DNA from: an uncultured Actinomycetota bacterium
GTDB lineage: Bacteria; Actinomycetota; Thermoleophilia; Solirubrobacterales; Solirubrobacteraceae
Direction of reading: 5' to 3'
Length of the DNA: 64,000 bases
NCBI GenBank assembly: GCA_963804615.1
Contig: CAWDRA010000007.1
Coordinates: forward strand, 20,191-84,190
Shown here piece by piece: positions 31,688 through 41,010 of this stretch; position 1 is the stretch's first letter; each line of letters begins with the position of its first letter. The position numbers and the translations under genes are program-made. The notes below the pieces were generated by a model. It worked only from the letters and a program-made list of their open reading frames with translations. It was not told where the DNA came from and searched no databases.

Positions 31688-31717
31688 GGGTGACCGCGCG
31701 TCACCCTTCGGGGGTGA
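31688..31717 (-). promoter_or_regulatory. Tripartite box copy 2
   Basis: Minus strand TCACCC-CCGAA-GGGTGA-CGCGCGG-TCACCC, 24 nt before GTG 31663. Confidence 0.8.
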
Positions 31718-31825
31718 GACGGGGAGATCTGCGAGGCTCGCGTCGGCAGATAAGGCAGGGATAAGTCGGGTGGCAGGGGATTAATGCCAGTCACATGACA
31801 TTCCCACAAGGAGGAGGAAGTTAGG

Positions 31826-32227
31826 ATGAGCTATTCCGGGCAGTCGGCCGGCGGGTCGGTCCAGGGGGCGGGCCGCGTTGTCCTTGCCTCGGTGCTGCTG
31901 CTGATCGGCGGCATCCTGAACGTCGTCTGGGGGATCGCAGCGATCGGCAATTCGCATTTCTTCACGGCGAACGCCCACTATGTCTTCTCCGACCTGCACA
32001 CGTGGGGTTGGATCACCTTGATCCTCGGAGTCTTCGAGCTCTTCGCGGCGGCGTCGCTCTGGGCCGGCAACGAGTACGGCCGGTGGTTCGCGATCGTCGT
32101 CGCCTCGCTGGCGATGATGGGCGCGCTGTTCGACATGCCGTCGTACCCGTTCTGGTCGCTTGCGGTTTTCGCGCTCAGTCTCTGGATTCTGCACGGGCTG
32201 TTCATCTACGGCGAATCGGCCAACTGA
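31826..32227 (+). CDS. DUF7144-like four-TM membrane protein
   Basis: GILNVVWGIAAI, DLHTWGWI.LILG, YPFWSL; AGGAGGAGG RBS. Confidence 0.85.
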   Translation: MSYSGQSAGGSVQGAGRVVLASVLLLIGGILNVVWGIAAIGNSHFFTANAHYVFSDLHTWGWITLILGVFELFAAASLWAGNEYGRWFAIVVASLAMMGALFDMPSYPFWSLAVFALSLWILHGLFIYGESAN

Positions 32228-32286
32228 TACGTCGCGCCCACGGGCGCTCAGGCGCGCCGGTGGCCCAGCGGGGCCGCCGGCGCGGG

Positions 32287-34884
32287 TTACACCAGGTTCA
32301 ACTGCTTGGCGCGGCGCACCGCGTCATGTCGAGTGGCGACGCCGAGCTTGCGGTAGATGTTCTTGGTATGGGTCTTGACCGTGTTGACCGAGACGAAGAG
32401 TTCCGCGGCGATCTCGGCCTTGGACATCACGGTTGGTAGGTAGCGGAGCACGGCCTCCTCACGATCACTGAGCGGGTCGAGCAGCACGAGCGAGCCCGCG
32501 TCCAGCCCCGGGGCCTCGTCTCCGTCCAGTCGCTGGATCAGCTCCCCGGCCAGCGAGCGGTGGGCGGTGCCGGCGCGAATACGTCGCCTCAGCAGCGCAC
32601 GCAACGGCGCTCCGAGCAGGATCAGCGGTAGTCGAAAGCCCTCCGGCTGGGCCAGCGCCAGTGCCTCTTCGAGCGCGTCGAGCGCTGCCGTGTCGTTGTG
32701 CATGAGGTTGTGCGCCAGTGAGGCCAGCCCGAGCGCCTGGATGCGACTGCCGAGGTAGCGCACGGTCGAACTGTCGGTCAGCCAGGGTTGGAGCTCACGC
32801 AGCGATTCGGACGGGTCTGCGTCGGCAAGCGCTATCCGCGCTCGGGCAACCGCCGCCTCGAGCGGCACCAGCGCGATCCACGGCTCCGTCGCCAGCGTCA
32901 GCCGCGCCGGTTCAAGGTCGCCCGAGTCGATCACCAGCAGCGTCTCCATCAGGGCCGCCATCACGGCCAGCGAGTCCGGCAGTCCTGAGGCATCGAGCTC
33001 ATGGCGTGCGGCGCGGACGATGCGCAGCCCCTGGGCGGGGTCGTGGCGCCCGATGCGCAGGCCGTGGACGATCTCGACCAGGCTGGCCATCGCCTCGCGT
33101 GAGCGCTGGGTCGCGGCGAGCGCCTGATCGAGCAGGCGGCCGCTCTCCTCCATGTCAGCCCATTGCAGATGGGTGATGGCCAACGCCAGATAGGCCGCGA
33201 CCGCGACCGGACGCTCGTCCCAGCCGTGTTTGGCGGCGATCTGCAGAGCCGCGCGACCTAGCGCCGCAGCGTCGCGCAGCCGACCGTCCACCACCGCGAG
33301 CAGCGCAAGTTGGCCGAGGCAATCGAGCGCGAGCCCATCGTTGGCGGCTCCGCGGTTGCTCTCGAGCACGCGCTCCAACCGGCGTCGTCCGCCCACGGGA
33401 TCACCGAGCCAGCACTCGGCAACGCCGAGGTGCAACTGGGCTACACCGCGCGACAGTTGGTCGGTGTCCGAGGCCGACCAGCTGACGAGCACCTTATGTG
33501 CGGCATCCCTCATCGCCTCCAGGTCGCCCAATGCGCGGCACTCCAGCATCGTCACGATCGCCCGCGAGACCGTGAAGCGCGCGCGCTGCTTGGCGGGCAC
33601 GGCGCCGGCATGATCGTCCGCGATCTGCAGATAGCTGCGGGCGGCATCGAGGTCGCCCTCATCGAGCTCGGCGGCTGCACCCGCGAGGGCCAGCTCGGGC
33701 GTGGTCGACACCGCCTGGCCGCCGAGGCTGCGCACCCACCGGAGCAGGTCGCGGGAGTGCCCCTGTTCGATCAGAGTGAGCCATTGCTGGGCGACCAGGG
33801 CCCGTGCCATCTGCTGATCGTCGGCGGCCATCGCATGCCAGACCGCTTCGGCAGGTCGCCCCGCGCCCGCGAACCAGCGCGCTGCACGCCGATGTTCCAG
33901 CGCATAGGCCTCGGGCGTCTGGTACCGCAATTGGCTGCGCAGCAGCTCCTTGAAGAGCGGGTGGTACCGGTAGCGCCTCCCGCGCTGGTCGGTTGGGACC
34001 AGGAAGGCATTGCTGCGCCGCAACTGCTCGAGCGTGTGCATGCCGTCTGGCCGGCCCGTGAGCTCCTCCGTGAGGCCGGGCTCGAGCACGTCGACGACGC
34101 TGGTGCGCAACAGGAAGTCCCTCAGCTGCGAGGGTTGGCGCTGGAGCACCTCCTCGATCAGGTAATCGCCCACCGGCCGCTCATCACCTGCGAAGGTGCG
34201 CACGAACCTTGTCGGGTCCGGGTGGTCCTTGAGTGAGAGCGCGGCCAGGCTGAGCCCGGCGACCCAACCCTCCGTGCGTTCGTGCAGGACCTCCGCATCC
34301 TCGTCGGTAAGCGCGACACCGGCGCTTGCAAGCAGCTCCCGGGATTCGTCGGGCGTCATGACCAGATCGGTCGCGCGCAGCTCGGTCAGTTGGCCCGCGA
34401 GACGCAGGCGCTGCAGAGCGACGCTCGGATCATGTCTGCTGGCGATCAGAAGCCGCAGGCGCTGCTGGCGCCCGCGGAGGAAGAGGTCGAAGCTGTCTGC
34501 GAGCGCGCGTGACTGCGCCTGTTCGAAGTCGTCGAGCACCACCAGCACGGGTTCCGGTAGGCCCTCAGCGCCCGTGGCGAAGCGAGAGCCGAAGTCATCG
34601 CTGAGCCCGTCGTCGGGGTCGGGGAGCGAATTCAGCGGCTCGTCGAAGATGTCGCGCAGCCGCCTGATCAGCTCGCCCCAGAAGCGCACGGGCCGCCCGT
34701 CCGACGGTTGCATCGAGATCCAGACCACCGGATCGGCGTGGGGTCGCTCGCTCAGCCAGGTGCTCATGAGGACGGTCTTGCCGGCTCCGGCCGGCCCTGT
34801 AAGGAGCGTCAGAAGCCCGTCGGAGCCAACGTCGAGCCGGTCGAATAGTCTGCCTCTCAGGACCGCGGCAGGCGGCTGCGGCAC
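32287..34884 (-). CDS. MalT-like STAND (AAA-TPR-LuxR HTH) transcriptional regulator
   Basis: Walker A GPAGAGKT, Walker B VVLDD, TEGW.AGL, DYLIEEVL, YRYHPLF, C-terminal LSDRE...ELFVSVNTVKTH..NIYRKL; frame stays open to about 34960, so the true start may be slightly upstream. Confidence 0.95.
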   Translation of the reverse strand: MPQPPAAVLRGRLFDRLDVGSDGLLTLLTGPAGAGKTVLMSTWLSERPHADPVVWISMQPSDGRPVRFWGELIRRLRDIFDEPLNSLPDPDDGLSDDFGSRFATGAEGLPEPVLVVLDDFEQAQSRALADSFDLFLRGRQQRLRLLIASRHDPSVALQRLRLAGQLTELRATDLVMTPDESRELLASAGVALTDEDAEVLHERTEGWVAGLSLAALSLKDHPDPTRFVRTFAGDERPVGDYLIEEVLQRQPSQLRDFLLRTSVVDVLEPGLTEELTGRPDGMHTLEQLRRSNAFLVPTDQRGRRYRYHPLFKELLRSQLRYQTPEAYALEHRRAARWFAGAGRPAEAVWHAMAADDQQMARALVAQQWLTLIEQGHSRDLLRWVRSLGGQAVSTTPELALAGAAAELDEGDLDAARSYLQIADDHAGAVPAKQRARFTVSRAIVTMLECRALGDLEAMRDAAHKVLVSWSASDTDQLSRGVAQLHLGVAECWLGDPVGGRRRLERVLESNRGAANDGLALDCLGQLALLAVVDGRLRDAAALGRAALQIAAKHGWDERPVAVAAYLALAITHLQWADMEESGRLLDQALAATQRSREAMASLVEIVHGLRIGRHDPAQGLRIVRAARHELDASGLPDSLAVMAALMETLLVIDSGDLEPARLTLATEPWIALVPLEAAVARARIALADADPSESLRELQPWLTDSSTVRYLGSRIQALGLASLAHNLMHNDTAALDALEEALALAQPEGFRLPLILLGAPLRALLRRRIRAGTAHRSLAGELIQRLDGDEAPGLDAGSLVLLDPLSDREEAVLRYLPTVMSKAEIAAELFVSVNTVKTHTKNIYRKLGVATRHDAVRRAKQLNLV

Positions 34885-35069
34885 GACGAATCGTGACGCG
34901 CTCCCCTTCGCATTGGTGGCCGTCCGGGTCGCCCGCTGCGTTGTCGCTTGCCGTTGGACGAGTTACTCCCTTCTGAGCTCGCGCCGCATCCGTGGCTTCA
35001 CCGCCGGTCGCGGTGCGCCTCCAATCTACCCAAAGGCCGAGCGTGCCGAGCTTTTGCGGCGTTTGGACG

Positions 35070-35282
35070 CTAGCCGGCGTCGGCGCCGACGCGGCGTATC
35101 TCGATCAGCTCGAGACCGAGCATTTCGATCCGCTGCAGCAGTCCGTGCAGCTGCGCCTGGTCGCTGACGGCGCCCGTCAGGACCGTCTCGGGCGGATGCA
35201 CCACAGCGGTCATATCGTCGAACGACGCGATCACGCTGTCGCCGACGCGTCCTTTGATGCGGATCTCGTAATTGGTCGCCAC
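35070..35282 (-). CDS. Small 70-aa ACT/ferredoxin-like protein upstream of the MalT-like regulator
   Basis: YEIRIKG...TVLTGAVSDQAQLHGLLQRIEMLGLELIEIRR. Confidence 0.8.
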   Translation of the reverse strand: MATNYEIRIKGRVGDSVIASFDDMTAVVHPPETVLTGAVSDQAQLHGLLQRIEMLGLELIEIRRVGADAG

Positions 35283-35305
35283 CGTGGCTACGGTTTCAGA
35301 CGGCT

Positions 35306-35335
35306 GGGTGATGTCGCCTCACCCGTGCTGGGTGA
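35306..35335 (-). promoter_or_regulatory. Tripartite box copy 3
   Basis: Minus strand TCACCC-AGCAC-GGGTGA-GGCGACA-TCACCC, 23 nt before GTG 35282. Confidence 0.8.
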
Positions 35336-35376
35336 CCGGCTGTCGAGATCCAGCCCAGGGAGCACTCGTACACGTG

Positions 35377-36609
35377 TCACGAGACGGCGGCCTCGACCGC
35401 CTTCTGGACGCTCGTGTAGACGTGCTGTAGCTCGATATCGGAGTCGGCGCGGCGGATCACGTCGCGGACACCACCGATGTCGCGAGCGATCAGCAGCCTC
35501 ACGCCCTCTGCAGTGAGCGTTTCATTGACCTGGTTGAGCATCTCAACGGCCGTGACGTCGATTCCGGCGATGTTGCTCGCGTCGAGGATCACCGCTCTCG
35601 TTCCCTGACGTGCGGCCGCCTCGCGAATGCGGGTGCTGACCCAGTCGCTGTTGGCGAAGAAGAGGCCGCTCTCGACCCGGAGCACGACCACGCCGGGGAT
35701 CTCGGCTGGATGGTCGACGCGAGCGGAATCGATGTAGTGCGGTTGGCCGGGCGGCTTCACGAGTTCGGCGATGCGGGGACGTGCTGCCCGGTAGAGCACC
35801 AGCAGCAGCGATACCGCGATGCCGATGAACAGGCCAGGAAGCGTGTCGAACACGGTCACCCCCAGCAGTGCCAAAATTGCGGCGATGAAGTCGGGTCGCG
35901 CTGAACAGGCCGGTCAGCAGCAACAGCGTCACCACCGTCATCGCCGCGACGACCAGGCCCGAGATCTGGCTCTTGGCTCCGGAGGAGCCGTTGACAGCTG
36001 TCTTGGAGAGGCTGCCGTTGACGACCATGCCGCTCGAGAGTCCGGAGGCGAGGTTGGCCGTGCCGAGGCCCAGCAGCTCGCGGTTGACGTCGATCTCATA
36101 GTGCTGCTTGGCCGCATAGGTCTTGGCCGCGCCGAGGCCCTCGGCGAATCCGACAAGCATCACACCGATGCTGGCGCCGAGCAGGTCGATGAAGCGGTGG
36201 AAGCCGACGCTGGGAAACCCAAACGACGGCAGTCCGCTGTCGATATGACCGACGATCGCGACGCCGTGGCTCTCGAGACCGAAGGCGTCCACGGCAAGGA
36301 TGCTCACGATCACGACCACCAGCGATCACGGAACCGCGGGCGCGGCACGGCGCAAAAGGACCAGCAGCGCCAGCGATAGACCGCCGCCGACGAGCGTCAG
36401 CGCGTGCGTGTCACCGAGCTCGGTGATCAGGTCCCAGAGCTTCTGAAAGAAATCACCGGAAGGCCGACCACCGGTGAGACACCGGCGATCGACGCATAGG
36501 CCAGCGCTTCGGGGACGAGTACGGCCCAGACGGTCAGCCCGGCGAGCAGGTCTCCCCGCAGCCAGCGGCGGTCATAACCGCGCAGCGAGACGAACAGCCA
36601 GCTGGGCAC
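35377..36609 (-). pseudogene. SulP transporter with STAS domain, broken by internal deletions and frameshifts
   Basis: DLLAGLTVWAVLVPEALAYASIAGVSPVVGL jumps to GDFFQKLW; VNGSLSKTAVN; TGLF jumps to RPDFIAA; LFFANS STAS domain. Confidence 0.8.
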
Positions 36610-36615
36610 GGCCCG

Positions 36616-37182
36616 CTAGGTCTGTTTATGCGCCTGGTACAGGACGTACGCGGCCGTCAGCTCAAGCAGCGCGCTGAGCACCAGGTAAAGGCCGACGATC
36701 AGCGCGAACGCTGCCAGGCCGAGCTTCGGCGCAACCAGCAGGACGATGCCGCCGGCCAGGTCGACAAGTCCTCGTACGACCTCGGTACGTCTGACGAAGC
36801 TGTCCACAGCTGCGGTTCCGAAGTGGACACAGGCCGCAGCCAGCAGGTAGATCCCCAGCACGATCCGCAGCCCGTGCACGGCCGAGCCCGGTCGGGCGAT
36901 CACGAACGCGCCGGCGATGATCGCCAAAATGCCGGCGGCAATCACCAGCCCGCGTCTGTTGGGGAGCTCCCAGCCGACGGCGATCACTCCGATCCCGACG
37001 ATCACAAGGTAGATCCCGATCACCACCGCCACCGCCAGCAGGCTCGTGTGCGGCTCGATGATCACGACAAGCCCGGCCGCCAGGCTCAGCACGCCGAACA
37101 GCGCCGGCACCCACCATGAGGGAAGCGACGAGTCCGAACCGCCGGCGGATTCTGTGAAGCCGAAGTCTGGGGTGTCAGCCAT
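36616..37182 (-). CDS. HdeD/DUF308 acid-resistance family membrane protein
   Basis: WW..ALFGVLSLAAGL..I..P, repeated two-helix units. Confidence 0.85.
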   Translation of the reverse strand: MADTPDFGFTESAGGSDSSLPSWWVPALFGVLSLAAGLVVIIEPHTSLLAVAVVIGIYLVIVGIGVIAVGWELPNRRGLVIAAGILAIIAGAFVIARPGSAVHGLRIVLGIYLLAAACVHFGTAAVDSFVRRTEVVRGLVDLAGGIVLLVAPKLGLAAFALIVGLYLVLSALLELTAAYVLYQAHKQT

Positions 37183-37204
37183 GTTCTGAGTGTCCGTGCC
37201 TCGC

Positions 37205-37234
37205 GGGTGACCGATATTCACCCTGCACGGGTGA
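37205..37234 (-). promoter_or_regulatory. Tripartite box copy 4
   Basis: Minus strand TCACCC-GTGCA-GGGTGA-ATATCGG-TCACCC, 22 nt before ATG 37182. Confidence 0.8.
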
Positions 37235-37263
37235 TCCAACAGTCTGGCGCCCGTGAGTCACTT

Positions 37264-37536
37264 TCAGCGCTCCGGTCGGCTGCGCGGACGATTGCCGGCT
37301 CCTGCACGGCGGCGTGTGATCAGCGCGCCAACCCCGGCCCCGAGCAGGAAGGCCACGATGATCACCAGCGTGAGCGCTGTGTGCGTCGTCGTCACGATCC
37401 AGTTGACACTGACCGTATGCAGGTTGAGGATCGCGAACAGGGTCGCGATGACCAGGAAGGCCCCAATCCCCAACATGCGCGTCCGCTCCGTCGTCGACCG
37501 CTGCGACTGATGCTTTCCTGTCGACCCTGACGTCAT
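37264..37536 (-). CDS. LapA/DUF1049-like small membrane protein
   Basis: TM-FAILNLHTVSVNWI-TM-basic tail. Confidence 0.75.
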   Translation of the reverse strand: MTSGSTGKHQSQRSTTERTRMLGIGAFLVIATLFAILNLHTVSVNWIVTTTHTALTLVIIVAFLLGAGVGALITRRRAGAGNRPRSRPER

Positions 37537-37654
37537 CCCGATCAAGCGTATACGTGGAGTCGGCTGATATGGCTCGGATGGCGGGTGCGATGAGCGGATC
37601 GCGTGACCCCGGCTAGGCTACGAAGCACCACGATCGATGGGAAACGAGGGCACT

Positions 37655-38101
37655 ATGGCGCATGGGTTCAGCGGCAGCACTGTGATCGACCGTCCGATCG
37701 ACCAGGTGTTCGCGTTCCTGGCGGACGGAACCAACGACCCGAAGTTCAGCCCGCGGGTCCAGGAGATCCGGAAGACGACTGACGGGGCAATCGGTGTCGG
37801 AACCGTGTTCGAAAGCACGGTCAAGGACGCCGGGATGAAGTCGAGCCGCAGATTTGAGCTGACAGCGTTCGAGGCGCCGACGAAGATCCGCTGGACAGAG
37901 CGATCCAAGAACATGGTCGCGGTCCCCGATGGCGGCTATGACCTCGAGGCCGTCGGCGATACGCAGACGCGGGTCACGATCCACAACACGTTCCAGGGTC
38001 ACGGGCTCGGCAAGCTGCTGGTCGGGTTTGCCGCTGGTGCGGCGGCGAAGGACGCTCCCGCCTTTGCGCAGCGCATAAAGGCTGCGGTCGAAGCCGGATG
38101 A
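37655..38101 (+). CDS. SRPBCC/START (polyketide cyclase-like) protein
   Basis: IDRPIDQVFAFLAD..NDPKF.P.V, GVGT.F. Confidence 0.85.
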   Translation: MAHGFSGSTVIDRPIDQVFAFLADGTNDPKFSPRVQEIRKTTDGAIGVGTVFESTVKDAGMKSSRRFELTAFEAPTKIRWTERSKNMVAVPDGGYDLEAVGDTQTRVTIHNTFQGHGLGKLLVGFAAGAAAKDAPAFAQRIKAAVEAG

Positions 38102-38226
38102 CGGGCACCGTAAAGGACCAGGCCACGGATCCAACGAGCGAGTCCTGCCGGACGAGTTCGAGAAGACCGTGCTCGCTGAGGCCGACTTCCTCGGGCGCTA
38201 CGCGACAGCCTTCGCCGGCGGGCGAG

Positions 38227-40314
38227 TCAGACCGCGCCCGTGAGCTGCGGCACGTAGGCCGGATGCTCAGCCACCGGCCGCACGTCGACGGCGACCACCT
38301 TGTACTCGGGGCACGAGGTGTTGACATCGGCTGACTGGCCGATCAGCAGGTTGGTCCGCGTCTCCGGGAAATGGAACGTGGTGAAGACGTGGCCGGGCTC
38401 GATCCGATCGGTCACGTGCGCCTCCAGCTCGATGCGCCCGACGCGACTGCGCACGGACACCAGGTCGCCCTCTGCGATCCACAGCCGGGCGGCATCGTCG
38501 GGATGCACCTCGAGCACGTCCCTGTCGACGAGCGAAACATTCTCGGTGCGGCGGGTCATCGTGCCGGCGTTGTAGTGCTGCAATACGCGTCCTGTCACCA
38601 GCACCAGCGGGAATTCCGCGTCAGCCGCGTCGCCCGGCTGCTTGTACGGCAGCGCTGCGAACTTACCCTTGCCGCTTGGGTTGTCGAAGAAGGTGTCGTA
38701 CAAGGTGGGGGAGTCGACTCCATCGGGATGCACCGGCCACTGAAGACCGTCGCGGCCGATCCGGTCGCGGTTGACACCGGCGTACGCCGGGGTCAGGCGA
38801 GCGATCTCGTCCAGGCACTCCCACGGGGTCTCAAAACCCATGTCGTGGCCGAGCATCCGGGAGACCGTCGTGATGATCTCGAAGTCGGTCTTGGCGCCGC
38901 CGGGAGGATCGATCGCGGGCTCGACCAGCTGGAAACGGCGCTCCGCGTTGATGAACGTCCCGGCCTTCTCGAGGAACGCCGATGCCGGCAGGATCACGTC
39001 GGCATATTTGGACGTCTCGGTCTCAAAGATGTCCTGGCAGACGAGGAACTCGAGCTTCTCGAGCGCGGCGACGACGTGCGCCGTGTCCGGGTCGGTCTGA
39101 GCCACGTCCTCGCCGAAGATGTACATCGCCCTGAGGTCACCGGCGATGGCGGCGTCGAACATCTGCGGGATCGTGTACCCCTTCTGCCGGCTGAGCGGCA
39201 CGCCCCAGGCCTGCTCGAAGCTGCGCGCTGTGTCCTCGTCCGCGACCGACCGGTATGCAGTGTAGGTGTCCGGCAGCGCGCCCATGTCCGAGGATCCCTG
39301 AACGTTGTTCTGGCCTCGCAGCGGCAGCAGCGCCGAGCCCGGCTTGCCGACCTTGCCGGTCATCATCGCCAGGTTGCACAGGAGCTGCACGACCTCCGAC
39401 CCGTACTTGTGCTCGGTCACGCCGAGTCCCCACAGCAGGCTGCCGCGGTCTGCCTCCGCATAGATGTGCGCCGCGCGCTCGAGGTCTGCGGCCGGGATGC
39501 CTGTGATCTCCTCGACGGCCTCCGGGCTGTAGCCCGCGAGCAGTTCGAGAAGGGTCTCGTAGCCCTCGGTGCGCTCGGCGATGAAGGCGGGGTCGGTGAG
39601 CCCATCCCGCGCCACAACATGGCAGAGCCCGAGCACGACGGCGGCGTTGGTGCCCGGACGCGGGCCGAGGTGAAGGACGCCGTAGTCGGCGAGTTCGATC
39701 CGGCGCGGGTCGATCGTGATCAGCTTGCAGCCGCGCAGCGCCGCCTGCTTGATGCGGGCGCCGACGACGGGGTGACCCTGGGTCGGGTTGACGCCGATCA
39801 GGACTGCCACGTCGGCGTGATCGATATCCGTGAACGAGCCGGTCGCGCCGGACAGCCCGAAGGACCTGCGCAGGGCGAATGAAGTCGGCGAATGGCAGAC
39901 GCGCGAGCAGTTGTCGATGTTGTTTGTGCCGACCGCGGCGCGCATCATCCGCGCCATCACGTAGCAGTCCTCGTTGGTGGCGCGCGAGGATGCCAGACCC
40001 GCGATCGCGTCCGGGCCGTGCTGGCCCTTGATCCGCGTCAACTCCGAGACAATCCGAGCGTAGGCCTCCTCCCAGCTCGCCGGCCGGAAGCCGTCGCCCT
40101 CCCGGATCAGTGGTGAGGTGAGGCGATCGGGCGAGCGCGTGAACTGGTGTGCAAAGCGGCCCTTCAGACAGGTGTGTCCGTCGTTGGCGGGGCCGTCGAG
40201 CGCCGGTGAGATCGAGGCGATCCGGCCTCCGCGGACGTGCGCTTCCAGCCTGCAGCCGACCCCGCAATAGCCGCAGGTCGTTGTGACGGTTCGGTCGTAA
40301 CGCTCGGTATCCAT
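38227..40314 (-). CDS. fdhF: Formate dehydrogenase alpha (Mo/W-bisPGD) subunit
   Basis: CGYCGVGC, CLKGRF, NNIDNCSRVCH (Cys ligand), PLRGQNNVQG, TGRVLQHYN, CPEYK. Confidence 0.93.
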   Translation of the reverse strand: MDTERYDRTVTTTCGYCGVGCRLEAHVRGGRIASISPALDGPANDGHTCLKGRFAHQFTRSPDRLTSPLIREGDGFRPASWEEAYARIVSELTRIKGQHGPDAIAGLASSRATNEDCYVMARMMRAAVGTNNIDNCSRVCHSPTSFALRRSFGLSGATGSFTDIDHADVAVLIGVNPTQGHPVVGARIKQAALRGCKLITIDPRRIELADYGVLHLGPRPGTNAAVVLGLCHVVARDGLTDPAFIAERTEGYETLLELLAGYSPEAVEEITGIPAADLERAAHIYAEADRGSLLWGLGVTEHKYGSEVVQLLCNLAMMTGKVGKPGSALLPLRGQNNVQGSSDMGALPDTYTAYRSVADEDTARSFEQAWGVPLSRQKGYTIPQMFDAAIAGDLRAMYIFGEDVAQTDPDTAHVVAALEKLEFLVCQDIFETETSKYADVILPASAFLEKAGTFINAERRFQLVEPAIDPPGGAKTDFEIITTVSRMLGHDMGFETPWECLDEIARLTPAYAGVNRDRIGRDGLQWPVHPDGVDSPTLYDTFFDNPSGKGKFAALPYKQPGDAADAEFPLVLVTGRVLQHYNAGTMTRRTENVSLVDRDVLEVHPDDAARLWIAEGDLVSVRSRVGRIELEAHVTDRIEPGHVFTTFHFPETRTNLLIGQSADVNTSCPEYKVVAVDVRPVAEHPAYVPQLTGAV

Positions 40315-40326
40315 TTGTCGTCCAAT

Positions 40327-41010
40327 CTACTCGGGCTGGCGTCGGCGCTTGCGCAGACGGGGCGCGGGCAGCGCCGCACCATTGGAATTGCCGGTCAGAA
40401 GAAGGCTCTCGGTGATCGCGTCGGTTGGGCAGGTGTCGGCGCATGCACCGCAGGAGACGCAGGCGGACTCCAGGAAGCCGGCGCCGATTCCCGCGGCGAT
40501 GTTCGCATTGAATCCACGTCCGGTGGCGGTGAGCGCGAACGTCCCCTGGACCTCGTCGCAGGCCCGTACGCAGCGCCCACACGAGATGCACAGCTCGTGC
40601 TGGAAGGCGAGGTAGGGGTGACGCAGGTCATGTGAGACCGAGTGCTGGGCACCGGGCCAGCGCGAATCGGTCACCTCCAACCGCGCGGCGACCTGCGCCA
40701 GTTCGGTGTGGGGCTCGGGCGCGGACGGCAGCTCGGAGAGGACCAGCTCAACGACGGCGTGGGCAACCCGGCGGCCGGCAGGATCATTGGTGTCGATGAC
40801 CATCCCGTCGCGGCAGGGCGTGGTGCAGGCGGGCAACGGCTTGGCCGAGCCCTCGACGCCGACCATGCAGGCTCGGCAGGCTCCGAACGGCTCCTGGCGC
40901 TCGTCGAAGCACAGCGTCGGGACCCAGGAGCCGGCCTGGCGTGCCGCGTCGAGGATCGTGCCGCCGTCCGAGACGGTCACCTCGATCCCGTCGACGGTCA
41001 CGGTGGTCAT
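40327..41010 (-). CDS. FDH Fe-S subunit (2Fe-2S + 2x4Fe-4S, NuoG N-terminus-like)
   Basis: VPTLC, GACRACMV, ACTTP, CISCGRCVRAC, CVSCGACADTCPT. Confidence 0.9.
   Translation of the reverse strand: MTTVTVDGIEVTVSDGGTILDAARQAGSWVPTLCFDERQEPFGACRACMVGVEGSAKPLPACTTPCRDGMVIDTNDPAGRRVAHAVVELVLSELPSAPEPHTELAQVAARLEVTDSRWPGAQHSVSHDLRHPYLAFQHELCISCGRCVRACDEVQGTFALTATGRGFNANIAAGIGAGFLESACVSCGACADTCPTDAITESLLLTGNSNGAALPAPRLRKRRRQPE

Noticed and set aside
29423-37234. Tripartite boxes as REP elements or terminators
   Set aside because: They lie upstream of start codons at a fixed distance, have only 6-bp stems, variable spacers and no U-tract
39880-39925. Selenocysteine in the FDH alpha subunit
   Set aside because: Active site reads CSRVCH with a normal Cys codon; no in-frame TGA
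38371-40591. Long alternative-frame ORFs (503 aa, 484 aa) and similar ones elsewhere
   Set aside because: Shadow ORFs of high-GC coding sequence overlapping well-supported genes; Arg/Pro-rich with no motifs
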